IMG/VR virus record: IMGVR_UViG_3300046532_001566
Location: 1 to 64,000 of that record
DNA length: 64,000 bases
Origin: a virus
Strand: one strand, 5' to 3'
Shown: positions 9,674-19,922 of the stretch, piece after piece
Layout of the letters: each line of letters starts with the position of its first letter
Numbering within the stretch: position 1 is the stretch's first letter
Position numbers and translations under genes: made by a program
The notes under the pieces: generated by a model
What the model saw: only the letters and a program-made list of their open reading frames with translations
Told to the model about the DNA's origin: nothing
Database searches by the model: none

Positions 9674-10438
9674 ATGAGAAATAGTAATTATCCAAGACAC
9701 TTTGAAGAAAAATATAAAGGAATACCTTTTATAGTATTAGACATACCTCCAATTATTATGGATGATACTTTTAAAGAAATGTGGGATACACATAATGCTC
9801 CTATTGTAAGATTAAAACCAGACGAAAGGTATACAGATACTCCAGAAGAAGCAGGACGTATGCATAAACTAACTGGAAAGCTCAACGAATATACAATGCC
9901 AAACTGGAATGGAATTAATGTAATAGATAGTCCAGGAGCAGATGATAGATGGACTAAACCAATGATTGATGGCTCTGCTGTAATACCTAAATTTATAGAT
10001 TATTTAAAAACATCACTTCCGACAAACGGAATAAGTCAGATACTATTTTGGAGTAACCAGCGACCTATTGGAATTCACAGAGATATGAACGAACAACTCC
10101 CTTATCCAAATAGTTTAAGAATTATGATACAGGATGAAAATCCTAAACCTACTTTCTGGTTACAACCATTAGGAAAGGGATCAAAAGGAATTGGATCCGA
10201 AAACATTAAATTTGATAAAGACAATGCAATATATGTAGACACTACTGAATTAGATAGTAATGCATTTGTTTACAATAATCAAACATGGTGCCACGGAGCT
10301 CATAAGTTACAGAAGATTTATGGTGAAGGTATGTATTATTCAAAGATACTTTGTAGTATTAGTTTATCCTGGGAATGGAAAGGCTATGAAGAATTATTAG
10401 ATCGTAGTATTGAAAAATACGGAAACAATATAAAATGA
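9674..10438 (+). CDS. 2OG-Fe(II)/cupin-like oxygenase
   Basis: GIHRD...NNQTWCHGA...KILCSI; TATAAATA 5 nt before ATG. Confidence 0.6.
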   Translation: MRNSNYPRHFEEKYKGIPFIVLDIPPIIMDDTFKEMWDTHNAPIVRLKPDERYTDTPEEAGRMHKLTGKLNEYTMPNWNGINVIDSPGADDRWTKPMIDGSAVIPKFIDYLKTSLPTNGISQILFWSNQRPIGIHRDMNEQLPYPNSLRIMIQDENPKPTFWLQPLGKGSKGIGSENIKFDKDNAIYVDTTELDSNAFVYNNQTWCHGAHKLQKIYGEGMYYSKILCSISLSWEWKGYEELLDRSIEKYGNNIK

Positions 10439-11094
10439 ATTTAGATTATCACATTGCAGTACCTCATTTAACTCCTACTAAAGAAGAACTAGAATGGGCT
10501 CAAAACGAACTATTGCCACATGCAGAAGTTGCGTTAGAAAAATTATTTGAAAAATATGGGGCAAAATTTGATAAAGCAAATATGGATCAGGAAATTTTTG
10601 CTAATAGCCCTATTGGCAATCGCATGAAAGATCATTTAGAAGAATTAGGATTAAGTTTTAGAAGATTTTGTTTGTTTATTGGATATAAAGGAGCTCATGC
10701 CGCAAAGCCACATTGTGATGCACATAAGTTTGATATTCCTATGATTGCTAGACTAAATGTTCCTATACAAGGTATTACTGGTGCTAAAATAAGTTGGTGG
10801 CCTACCGGAACTGATGATCCTAAAATGCTAGAAAGAAGATTTGAACAATGGAACAGCAAAACGCAGAAAATGGAACGTGGATTTAGTTATCTAGCAGATC
10901 CTGATGCTGATTGGGGAGAACCTATACATGTTGAAAGTGATCCAGGACCTTGCTGGAATCATGTTGATAAAGCTCATAAATTAGATTTAGATGACATTCA
11001 AGAACATAGGGTTAATATTACTGTTGAACTGGATCCGCAGATATCATGGATTGAACTTGTTGAACGTTTAGATAAAAGGGGCTACCTAGTTTAG
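10435..11094 (+). CDS. 2OG-Fe(II)/cupin-like oxygenase
   Basis: PHCD...RLNVPI...VDKAH...RVNITV; paralogous to 2031 and 19923 genes. Confidence 0.6.
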   Translation: MNLDYHIAVPHLTPTKEELEWAQNELLPHAEVALEKLFEKYGAKFDKANMDQEIFANSPIGNRMKDHLEELGLSFRRFCLFIGYKGAHAAKPHCDAHKFDIPMIARLNVPIQGITGAKISWWPTGTDDPKMLERRFEQWNSKTQKMERGFSYLADPDADWGEPIHVESDPGPCWNHVDKAHKLDLDDIQEHRVNITVELDPQISWIELVERLDKRGYLV

Positions 11095-11200
11095 TCTGTT
11101 ATATTTTTTTTGTAATTCGTAAATTACATTAGACCAATAATCTCTGCTCCATTGTTCTCTACAAGTACTGTAAGCAATCCGGGCATTATTAATTAATCTA

Positions 11201-11641
11201 TCAAGTTGATCGTCTGTGTACTGCAATACCACCATCCTCATCTGTACTGTAAACTACCCGTTTAAGTTTAAAATCTGCAATAGCTCTCATACATCCTTTG
11301 CATGGTTTTGCCATTCCTGAAACCCACTTAGTAGTATTACGTTGAGGGGGTCTCTTAACCCTTTGTACATATATAGTAGCTTTTTCCATATCAGTTTTGT
11401 CCATATGATTTAGACAATTTGAAATAGCACTAGTTTCAGCATGTAAATATATTGCTTCGCTATTCTTTCCGTATCTTGATTGAAAAGGGTGCGTTTTTTG
11501 TTGGTTGTGTCCTAAACTTATAACTCTACCTTTAATTGTAATTGCCGCGGCAAATTTAGCATTTCCAAAGCCGTCGTTGTCAATAGCACTCCTTCGCAAG
11601 AAATCCATTATTCTAACGTCTTTCTTAGATATATCATACAT
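11201..11641 (-). CDS. Cytidine/dCMP deaminase-family zinc protein
   Basis: HAE...KPCKGC, IADFKLKRVVYS. Confidence 0.85.
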   Translation of the reverse strand: MYDISKKDVRIMDFLRRSAIDNDGFGNAKFAAAITIKGRVISLGHNQQKTHPFQSRYGKNSEAIYLHAETSAISNCLNHMDKTDMEKATIYVQRVKRPPQRNTTKWVSGMAKPCKGCMRAIADFKLKRVVYSTDEDGGIAVHRRST

Positions 11642-11646
11642 TAAAT

Positions 11647-12084
11647 TTACTTCTTTTTAGTACTGTTAAGTTTATTAAGGGCTTCAGAATTTGCATTTAT
11701 TCTAGAATCTTGCAATGCATCAAGTTGAGATTGTATTTGCAAAGCACGTTCCATAGGAGTATCTAAGTGTACATGTTTATTAACTATTTTTTCTAGTTTT
11801 AAAAATGGTATTCTTTCATTTGGAACATATCTCCATGTGTATCCTTTTTCACTATAGAGACCAAACACTGTTTCTACTATGCCAATTTTTACAATGACTG
11901 CATCACAACCATCTAATATAACATGATCACCTTCGCCAAATGCAGGATTCATCTTGAATGCAAGTCCTTTAGCAATTCTGGTTGCCATATCTTTAAACCA
12001 CATAGTTGCAACTAATGCAATCAATACTGTTAGTCCTGGTGTGATAAATTGACTAAAATCAAGTGCTAATTTACTAGTGTCCAT
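11647..12084 (-). CDS. MscS-domain small membrane protein
   Basis: TM segment then FGEGDHVILDG..AVIVKIG beta-domain, YVPNERI. Confidence 0.65.
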   Translation of the reverse strand: MDTSKLALDFSQFITPGLTVLIALVATMWFKDMATRIAKGLAFKMNPAFGEGDHVILDGCDAVIVKIGIVETVFGLYSEKGYTWRYVPNERIPFLKLEKIVNKHVHLDTPMERALQIQSQLDALQDSRINANSEALNKLNSTKKK

Positions 12085-12126
12085 TATTGTATCCTCCGGT
12101 TTCGTTTATTTACCGAAATTTACAGA

Positions 12127-12444
12127 TTATTTAAATATAAAATTCATAATTCCTGATCCGAGAACTACAACAAGTACTCCATTAAGAACGATTAAAGCTC
12201 TATCATGCCATAACCATCCAACTGTCAACCATCCAAGGCATCCAAAACATGATAATACCAAATCGTATATCTTAGGAACATCTGGTGCAGATCTACACAT
12301 AACAGCAACAAGAATAATTGCACATGAAGTCCATTTAATATACCAGGATAAATCCCCTTTACCAGGTGTTACTTTCTTAATAACCCTAGAAGAATTTAAG
12401 TCTTTAATTTGCTGATCCAGCTCTTGTTCGTGCATATCTTTCAT
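12127..12444 (-). CDS. Small membrane protein (DUF6552-like)
   Basis: SWYIKW...GWL.VG.LWHDRALIVLN; promoter TTGACT-N17-TATACT at 12490-12518. Confidence 0.6.
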   Translation of the reverse strand: MKDMHEQELDQQIKDLNSSRVIKKVTPGKGDLSWYIKWTSCAIILVAVMCRSAPDVPKIYDLVLSCFGCLGWLTVGWLWHDRALIVLNGVLVVVLGSGIMNFIFK

Positions 12445-12537
12445 ATTACTCCACCAAAGGTTAACATACTAATTCTTACATTGATATATAGTATACAATA
12501 GAAAGACTAAGAAGTCAACCAGAAAATAGGAAAAACA

Positions 12538-13464
12538 GTGATTAAAAAAGTATTAATGATTGCCGGAATAGGGGCAATTTTATCAACCGGAGCGTATGCT
12601 AAAGATATTGAATTTACAGTACATCATGGACCAGGTGGTCCAAGTGATCAAACAACAAGACTTATTGCAAATACTATAAAAAGTAAAACTAATCAGTATA
12701 ATGTAGTAAATCGTCCAGGTGCGGCTGGCAAGATTGCAATTAGACAAATGTTAAAAACTAAGACTAGTATTATCACAGCTACTATGGCTCAGATCTATGT
12801 TACAAATACATTAATGTTTGATAAACTAGAATATAACCCAAAAAATAGTTTTAACTTAATTGGTGTAGTTGCTACTATGCCAAATGTACTTGTTTGTAAT
12901 AACGAAAGAAAATTCTTTACAGTATCGGATTTAGAAAAATATGGAAAAGGAAAAATACTATTTGGTGCCGCGGGTTATGGAAGTAGTGAACATCTTGCTA
13001 CAGAAGTACTTAGACAGAAACTTACTATTAAGAGTATAGTGATTCCATATGCAAAAGGCGGAACGACTGCTTTAACAGATTTACTTGCAGGAAATATTGA
13101 TTGTATGTTTGCAAACTATCCAACTGTTAAAAATCATATTGGAGAAAAGATTACAAGTATTATGTCAAGTCATGAATTAGGTTTAGATATTCCAACTTGG
13201 TATGATGTTTATACAGAAGATTTTCCGTTTGTTAGTCCAATTGGATTAATTGCTTCTGCTAGAACTAGTCGAACGGATTTACGCAACATTAAACAAGATA
13301 TTAATAATACGTTTAAGAATCCAGATTTCGTAAAAGGATTAAAAGATATTGGATTATTTCCAGTAGCTAGTACAAGTATTAGTTCCAGACTAAAGGTATT
13401 AAGAAATAATGATGCCTTAAGAATCTACATTAGTAGAAACAACATTCCTCTCAAGAAAGACTAA
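12538..13464 (+). CDS. Tripartite tricarboxylate transporter receptor (TctC/Bug family)
   Basis: Signal peptide (..GAYA), PGGPSDQTTR, VVNRPGAAG, GYGSSEHL, IPYAKGG..ALTDLLAGNID. Confidence 0.85.
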   Translation: MIKKVLMIAGIGAILSTGAYAKDIEFTVHHGPGGPSDQTTRLIANTIKSKTNQYNVVNRPGAAGKIAIRQMLKTKTSIITATMAQIYVTNTLMFDKLEYNPKNSFNLIGVVATMPNVLVCNNERKFFTVSDLEKYGKGKILFGAAGYGSSEHLATEVLRQKLTIKSIVIPYAKGGTTALTDLLAGNIDCMFANYPTVKNHIGEKITSIMSSHELGLDIPTWYDVYTEDFPFVSPIGLIASARTSRTDLRNIKQDINNTFKNPDFVKGLKDIGLFPVASTSISSRLKVLRNNDALRIYISRNNIPLKKD

Positions 13465-14771
13465 CGCATAAAAATATTAGAGCCTGGCGCCATTACTCGC
13501 AATCTACCAACTTCGTAGTTATGCAATACTGGTGCCAGGCCATCTGGACGCATGCCAATTAATCGTTCATCTTCTGAAAACGTATTCATTGCACTTGTAT
13601 TCCATTCTGTATTATCCGGGTCTTCAACATAACGTAAGAATGGCTTTAAGTTGTCAGACACATACTTTAGTCCTTCCATCCAAATTTGATATGCTTTGGT
13701 ATCAGAATACCCAATCCTAAACCATTGGTCAAATTCACTATCCCAATCTAATACTGCTTTCTGAGCCTGAAACCACCGCTTATCCCAAGTTGAATAAAGT
13801 AAGTTACGAAGTAATGGTTCATGCATTAACCTATAAACTTTACCAGTAGAATTTTCACTAGTAAAATACTGTTGCATTGAAGGATTTAATTCTAAATAAT
13901 TTTTAACAACATGAGCTTGTTTAATAAGCAAAGGAACACAATCCGGAGACCAGTAAAAGAACTCTACAGTAGAATTAGGATAGTCTTTTAAATGCTCTGC
14001 TACAGTAATCATATTAGTACTTCTGTCTGCAAATCTAACAAAGAATCGTCCTTGATGGACTAATGTTCTAGGCTTTTCAATGCCTACTATTAATCCAATT
14101 TTTTTATCTTTATCAAATCTCTTACGAACTTCCATAAAATGCAAATAGTTAAATCTTGTAATACCAGCTGGATTTAATCCTTCACGTTTATCTAACACCC
14201 AACTAGCATCACCTGACGCTTCTAGGCTTTCAAACAAATAATCACTCTGGTCAGTAATAGTAATCGTAGTCAAAGGCATTAATTTTTCAATTTCTTTTAA
14301 CCTAGGAATTGTATTTCTTACATGCTCACTTTCTGGCGCATCGTTAGCTTTAGTACTTGAGTCAATAACTAAGCCCTTACTTGCTTTAGACATAGTGTTA
14401 ACAATAACCTCATCAATATGTAGATTCTGTCTTTCAAACGCCTTAAAGATATTCCAAGAGTCACTTCCGCCACTAAAACTTAAAATTAAATAATCATACT
14501 TTGTTCTCAAATCAAATGCTCGGGCATCATACAGTTGATCTAATGTTTCTGTTGGTTCAACACTCCAGTCATGAGCTCTAAATTCCTTATTATTAAATAT
14601 CCATTGTACAGGCTTGTTTACTTTAACTGAATGTAACCCTGCTCTAATTTTAGAATCAAATTCAAATCCATCTACAATGTAATATCCAAGTTTCTTATTG
14701 ATATATGGATTTATAATTATCTTAGCCTCTGGTATAGATCCATTTGGATCTAGTAATGGAGTTATTACCAT
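13461..14771 (-). CDS. PP-loop (adenine nucleotide alpha-hydrolase) protein (E5)
   Basis: ILSFSGGSDS, GIEKP, EFFYWSPD. Confidence 0.7.
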   Translation of the reverse strand: MVITPLLDPNGSIPEAKIIINPYINKKLGYYIVDGFEFDSKIRAGLHSVKVNKPVQWIFNNKEFRAHDWSVEPTETLDQLYDARAFDLRTKYDYLILSFSGGSDSWNIFKAFERQNLHIDEVIVNTMSKASKGLVIDSSTKANDAPESEHVRNTIPRLKEIEKLMPLTTITITDQSDYLFESLEASGDASWVLDKREGLNPAGITRFNYLHFMEVRKRFDKDKKIGLIVGIEKPRTLVHQGRFFVRFADRSTNMITVAEHLKDYPNSTVEFFYWSPDCVPLLIKQAHVVKNYLELNPSMQQYFTSENSTGKVYRLMHEPLLRNLLYSTWDKRWFQAQKAVLDWDSEFDQWFRIGYSDTKAYQIWMEGLKYVSDNLKPFLRYVEDPDNTEWNTSAMNTFSEDERLIGMRPDGLAPVLHNYEVGRLRVMAPGSNIFMR

Positions 14772-15718
14772 TATACTTTTCCTTTATATTGATGCCATCT
14801 ACGAGTCTTATCTGAACCAAAGTCAGTAAGAAGTGCTATTAGTTCATCTCTGTCTATAAAAGCACATTTGTTCTTATAGTTATGTCTTAATCTATTATCA
14901 GGAGGATTCATAATCCAATCTATATTATTTGCACTAACGTCTTTTGGAAATAACTCTAGTTCGTCCTTCCAGTATAAACCATATAGTAAAGGTTTAACAT
15001 AATATTCCCATGAAAAAATTAATGGAGGTGCTTCTCCAGACTTTTTCTCTACTAATCCGTTACCAACAATATATCTAATAGACTTGCAATATCCTTCTAC
15101 TATAGGATCGTTTAATAATGCTAACGTAAATTCATTATTATCTGACCTACGATCAATAGCTACAATTTTTCCTACCCTATCTACTTCTCTAAGTGCCCGC
15201 TGACTTGCTACTTCTATTGCAGTCCAGCTTTCCATACAGTATGTTTTCTTATTACGGAATATAAAATCAAAACTTTCAATACCTTGCAATATGTCTACTT
15301 CACTTGGTAGTTGCTTTAAGAACATTTTCATTAAATGATGTTCAGCTGGTATTCCTGTTTTTATTGCTAACTTGTTAACTTCTTCTTTATGTTCGTCTGG
15401 ATTAATTTCAACAACTAAAGTTTTGTTGTTATATTTCTTATCTAATATATTAATGTTGTTAAGTTCGTTGTCATTGTAGCCGGGCCAATGGCAGAAAGCT
15501 GTAGAATATGGCAAACCGCAAGAATCAAAAGTGTGTAGTAATACTTGGCTGTCTAATCCGCTACTAAGACTAATTGTTACATGAGTATCTCTTGCATCTG
15601 CTTCTTCTGCTAAATTGGTGCAAGCAATTTCCATTTCATCTCGCATATTGCCAACTGGTCTAGTGCAAGGTGTGTACTCTACAAAGAATTCGTCATTGAT
15701 GTCTATACCATACTTCAT
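14771..15718 (-). CDS. PP-loop protein, divergent (E6)
   Basis: ISLSSGLDSQ, C-terminal KPLLY...FPK; TAATG-coupled to E5. Confidence 0.65.
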   Translation of the reverse strand: MKYGIDINDEFFVEYTPCTRPVGNMRDEMEIACTNLAEEADARDTHVTISLSSGLDSQVLLHTFDSCGLPYSTAFCHWPGYNDNELNNINILDKKYNNKTLVVEINPDEHKEEVNKLAIKTGIPAEHHLMKMFLKQLPSEVDILQGIESFDFIFRNKKTYCMESWTAIEVASQRALREVDRVGKIVAIDRRSDNNEFTLALLNDPIVEGYCKSIRYIVGNGLVEKKSGEAPPLIFSWEYYVKPLLYGLYWKDELELFPKDVSANNIDWIMNPPDNRLRHNYKNKCAFIDRDELIALLTDFGSDKTRRWHQYKGKV

Positions 15719-15756
15719 ATTAATAGTTATTACTCTGTTAAGTCCACTGCTAGCCT

Positions 15757-16857
15757 TTAGGAGAAGCTATTTGTTTGAAGTTTGTAAGGAGTTATATCAA
15801 AATGTGGAGGAAGAAATTCATAATTAGAATTTAATGCTCCAACATGTTCAATCGTCCTAAAGACATTTATAAGGCTTGCAATTTTAACTTTATTATCAAG
15901 ATATTCTTGATCTTTAGTAAAATCAAAGATAAATTCTTTTGCCGTAAACTTATATGTACTCCAATCTTTTGTAATTTTCTTATCTGGATTTGCAATACTC
16001 CATCTTTGAAAATCATCATTCATAAAGAACTGTATATAATTATTATCAAAGAAATCTTGATCTAAGGGAAAGGACATAAATTTACCCATATTAAAAAGCC
16101 TATAATATACGTTCTGCCATTTATAACAAAAATTATACCACCAAAAGAAATCTTTAAAATCTATAATTTCACAGGGTTGTTTTGCTTTAATTTGATCGTC
16201 CATAATGTCATACCAAATTTTAGCGGCTCGTTCAGACATTCCTTTATACATAAAAAATGCACCAACATTTTCAAAATTATATGGTTGAAACATAGCTCCT
16301 CGACCGTTATCCCATCTTTCAATTGCTTGATATATGTCCGTGCCAAACAACTGATCACACCCCTCACCACTAATAACAATATGGTCTTTGTTAATATGAC
16401 TAAACATAGTTTCACTTGCTATAATTTCAATCTTTCCTCTAATATATGTATAATAGAATCTAGGATTTTCTCTAATAGATTGAGCATTCATACAAATTTT
16501 AAGGTTGCTGTAATCCCCTTCAGATGCTATTATCATTGCTGTTAAAAGCGATGTACTATCAATGCCTCCGCTCCATAATATTAGGCATGGTTTATTTGTT
16601 GTTTTACTTAGATTAAGTAATTCAATTCCTCGAGCTATTGAAATTTCAGAAAATGTTCCAACATTAGTTTGTTCTTCTGGAATAGGAAGCATTACCTTAT
16701 AATTGTAAGGTGTCGTAACATGCCCTGTGCGATCGCATAAGTTAACAGTAGGAGCAATAACCTTATAAATTTCGTAGAAATCTTTTTGATCCTGTGTTCT
16801 TTCAGTTGCAGTATGAATTGCACTAGCAACGGTTGATAGTAATAATTCCCCCATCAT
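15757..16857 (-). CDS. Asparagine-synthetase-like PP-loop ligase (E2)
   Basis: WSGGIDS, SGEGCDQLFG (AsnB SGEGADE-like), DFFWWYNFCYKWQ, KVKIAS. Confidence 0.8.
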   Translation of the reverse strand: MMGELLLSTVASAIHTATERTQDQKDFYEIYKVIAPTVNLCDRTGHVTTPYNYKVMLPIPEEQTNVGTFSEISIARGIELLNLSKTTNKPCLILWSGGIDSTSLLTAMIIASEGDYSNLKICMNAQSIRENPRFYYTYIRGKIEIIASETMFSHINKDHIVISGEGCDQLFGTDIYQAIERWDNGRGAMFQPYNFENVGAFFMYKGMSERAAKIWYDIMDDQIKAKQPCEIIDFKDFFWWYNFCYKWQNVYYRLFNMGKFMSFPLDQDFFDNNYIQFFMNDDFQRWSIANPDKKITKDWSTYKFTAKEFIFDFTKDQEYLDNKVKIASLINVFRTIEHVGALNSNYEFLPPHFDITPYKLQTNSFS

Positions 16858-17552
16858 ACTGCCCCTAATCTTACATTGCTTTTAACGTCTATTAATATTT
16901 TACGAAAATCCTCTAATAATTCTACATTCATCATTATAGGTACATACTTTGTCCACATTGCATACGCACGAATACGTTGCTTTCTAATTGGCAACAGTTG
17001 TCTACATATTTCATCGTACGACTGTTCAGGAGTTAAATTATTAAAAGATCCATATTCAACAATTTCTTGTACATAACTATTTGTTGCCGGATCGCACTCA
17101 TTAATTGCATCTCGTAATTCAGGATAGAATCGTATAGCCATATCATTTTCAGGTGGCGTAAAAGTTAATGACGACATGATGTTTTGCCATACATTAGCAT
17201 ACATTACTTCAGCTAGATGAGCATCCATTTTGTCTGCAAGATATTCATCTGTTACATCCTCAGGTGGAATAAGTTCAAGGTAATGTCTACCAGTTTTTGA
17301 TGGTTCATTTCCATGAGTTTTATTATATACCATTCTATATAGTTTTTCTGTTTTATCAAATTCGTAATTGGTATTAAAAAATAATGCTTTAACCTGTTTA
17401 TGAGAATTATTCATCCAATCGATTTCTAATCTATAAAAAGATTTACGCATAACAAGTGCCGTAATAACGTCCATATTTGAAGTTCCTATTAGAACTCCGT
17501 TATTTCTACTGTCAATTATTAACCCGTATTGTGATGGAGCTGATGTAAACAT
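16854..17552 (-). CDS. Partner protein P2 of PP-loop ligase
   Basis: LIIDS..NGVL, FYP.L...INECDP..NSY, RAYAMW; ATGA-coupled to E2. Confidence 0.7.
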   Translation of the reverse strand: MFTSAPSQYGLIIDSRNNGVLIGTSNMDVITALVMRKSFYRLEIDWMNNSHKQVKALFFNTNYEFDKTEKLYRMVYNKTHGNEPSKTGRHYLELIPPEDVTDEYLADKMDAHLAEVMYANVWQNIMSSLTFTPPENDMAIRFYPELRDAINECDPATNSYVQEIVEYGSFNNLTPEQSYDEICRQLLPIRKQRIRAYAMWTKYVPIMMNVELLEDFRKILIDVKSNVRLGAV

Positions 17553-18202
17553 TATTTAGATCCCATTAAATACGTTCTATTAAGCATAGTATGATTATCG
17601 TCAGTAGGTCCCCAATCGCCATCTGGATGATATGCAATAATTTTCATTTCAGAATCAGTTGTTCTAAATCTATGATATTCACGTTCTTCAATACAAAAAA
17701 TATTACCAGCTTCTAACAAATTATATACTCCATCTGCTAGTTCAGCAATACCAGAACCACTTGCTACTAATCCTAATCTTACACTAGGATGGATATGAAA
17801 CGTTTGATCAATTCCTTTAGGAAAGTGTAGAAGATTAACACTAGGATCTCCAGCACGACTTGGATAGATTAATAAGCTATCACTGCACCCATCAATATAA
17901 CAAAGACGGCCACTATCTTCAATTGGACCACCTAAGTTATTCTGATGCATATGTCCTAGTCTAGTAAAGAATACTGCTGTTCCGGTTACTGAAATACTGT
18001 ATTCAGTTTTATCTGTGTAAGAAAAATATTCATTTGTTGTAGCAATCCAGCCATTTGGCAATGTAACATTACCTGTTAACACAAATCCATATGTTGAACT
18101 ATATGCTTCTGCATCCTTAGTGTCATCTGTTATGTTTTCTGCATATGAAGGATACATTGTATTTCGTTTGTCAACAATCCCGGTTGATTTTAGTAGTTGC
18201 AT
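17552..18202 (-). CDS. Bicupin / metal-binding cupin protein
   Basis: YIDGCSDSLL, FHIHPSVR.G.V.SG.G, EYHRF, YHPDGDWGP. Confidence 0.75.
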   Translation of the reverse strand: MQLLKSTGIVDKRNTMYPSYAENITDDTKDAEAYSSTYGFVLTGNVTLPNGWIATTNEYFSYTDKTEYSISVTGTAVFFTRLGHMHQNNLGGPIEDSGRLCYIDGCSDSLLIYPSRAGDPSVNLLHFPKGIDQTFHIHPSVRLGLVASGSGIAELADGVYNLLEAGNIFCIEEREYHRFRTTDSEMKIIAYHPDGDWGPTDDNHTMLNRTYLMGSK

Positions 18203-18207
18203 TATGT

Positions 18208-18462
18208 TTATACCTTAAGTTGATTATTATTGTTAACTTTAATTAATTTATCTAAGGCCTCTTTCGAGAGGCAGTATACAGTCTCTATATCTTGTGTAGG
18301 GAATTCGTATGACATTTTTGCAGTCAGTTCGTATTGGTTTGCTCCAACATAAGTTAAGCATTCTCTAGGATTATTAAACGTAGGTTCAGTAAGTAAATAC
18401 ATGTGGTCTTGTGCTGGTGCATTCTGTTGCATTAATATCAATATAAAAAATACCTTTATCAT
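18208..18462 (-). CDS. Small exported protein with two Cys
   Basis: Hydrophobic N-terminus, FNNPREC...YC; SD GGAG and TAAATA upstream. Confidence 0.55.
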   Translation of the reverse strand: MIKVFFILILMQQNAPAQDHMYLLTEPTFNNPRECLTYVGANQYELTAKMSYEFPTQDIETVYCLSKEALDKLIKVNNNNQLKV

Positions 18463-18515
18463 TTTAGTAGATCTCCATTCTTATTTATATAAGAATATTA
18501 GTTCCGTTATTACCT

Positions 18516-19367
18516 TTAATTTAAAACTAAGAAATCTCCCCAATGCTCGTTAGAGTGCTTATAAAAACTATAATAACGATTCTCTAGATCTACTGGGACT
18601 TTCTTTATAAATTGTTGCTTTGATGATTTGTTTATCAAAGCAACCCTGTGAGGGCTAAATGCAATTGGTTCTAAATCTGTATTTGTTAAAATATCATAAA
18701 ATAAACTCATCATCATCGGAAACTTAGGCAGTACATCATCTAAAATAACAACAGACTGCTCGTGCATACAGTTTTCTAGGACATCATAAAATAAAGATTT
18801 ATTTTCAAGATATCTACCAGCTGATAAATCAAAGGATACTAAATCATACTTGTCATAGTGCAATTCAGTGTACATTGTCATGTTAGGTTTAGTAACATTA
18901 AATTCTAATGCTAATTTATCCCAGTACTGATTGAACTCATTAAGTGTGCTTGGTGGCAGGCCGTTATTAAACAATTTGGCAACATGAGGTTGTAAATTTT
19001 TCCATTCATCATATATAAATTGAGGTAGCCAATGCCCACTTAATTGCTTGTCTTGTTGTAAACAAACTACTAGCTCGTTTGTATAAAGCATGTTGTCTAC
19101 TAAAGTCCATTCTGGTTGATAGACAGTGTTTGCTTTACGGCAGGCACCCTCAACAAAGAATGGTAAGCTACCAAAGAAGCTACCTAAGTCTAATATTTTT
19201 TTACTTGATTGGGAAACTGCTAGTATTGCAATAAATAAATTATCGATAAAAGATGCGTCATGTGGTACTAGCATACGCTTAGGATTTAAAAAAGCAGAAC
19301 TGTCTAGATTATATAAGCCTTTATCAAATCCATCAAATCCGCGGCCTAATTTTTCTATCTTTATCAT
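18516..19367 (-). CDS. Class I SAM-dependent methyltransferase-like
   Basis: ILDLGSFFG, YDLVSFD, VVILDD. Confidence 0.65.
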   Translation of the reverse strand: MIKIEKLGRGFDGFDKGLYNLDSSAFLNPKRMLVPHDASFIDNLFIAILAVSQSSKKILDLGSFFGSLPFFVEGACRKANTVYQPEWTLVDNMLYTNELVVCLQQDKQLSGHWLPQFIYDEWKNLQPHVAKLFNNGLPPSTLNEFNQYWDKLALEFNVTKPNMTMYTELHYDKYDLVSFDLSAGRYLENKSLFYDVLENCMHEQSVVILDDVLPKFPMMMSLFYDILTNTDLEPIAFSPHRVALINKSSKQQFIKKVPVDLENRYYSFYKHSNEHWGDFLVLN

Positions 19368-19398
19368 ATTATTAAATTTCCTCGAATATTTATAAGAA

Positions 19399-19474
19399 TG
19401 GTGCCGGCGCCAAGATTCGAACTCGGGACCTGATGCTTACAAAGCAACTGCTCTACCAACTGAGCTACGCCGGC
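19399..19474 (-). tRNA. tRNA-Thr(TGT)
   Basis: Acceptor GCCGGCG/CGCCGGC, TTTGTAA loop, GTTCGAATC, CCA. Confidence 0.93.
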
Positions 19475-19908
19475 ACTGAATATTCATAATTAATTGTCTC
19501 TTCGTTAACTTTATATATGACAGCTCCGTTCCTAAGATGGAACCTTTCAGCTATTCTTGTTTTTGGACTTAGTGTTACAAATCTTGTAATAGCTGTATTT
19601 TCTTTTAATATTGTGTCAACTGCATCAAAGATTATTTTTCTGCCGGCACCTGGTTTATTACTCCAGATAGTATAAAAAATTGCAATCTTGTTATTGCCCG
19701 CTAGATTAAACAGTTCAGATTCTGACTTAGGAACTTCTTCTGAGTAGGCTACACATACTACTGCATTAAATTCGCCATTATCAGATACATCAACAAAGAT
19801 GTCTTTATTTTCTCCAAGACGATCTTCTGCTTGTATACTGGGCCTAACCGGGTCGTTTAATAACTCTTCCCTAATTTCCGGCGTCAATTTCTCTACCTTG
19901 TTGATCAT
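19465..19908 (-). CDS. GNAT-fold protein resembling malonyl-CoA decarboxylase catalytic domain
   Basis: AIFYTIWS..PGAG..II...RFVTLSP; likely start MINKVE. Confidence 0.55.
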   Translation of the reverse strand: MINKVEKLTPEIREELLNDPVRPSIQAEDRLGENKDIFVDVSDNGEFNAVVCVAYSEEVPKSESELFNLAGNNKIAIFYTIWSNKPGAGRKIIFDAVDTILKENTAITRFVTLSPKTRIAERFHLRNGAVIYKVNEETINYEYSVPA

Positions 19909-19922
19909 CGTATTAAATATAT

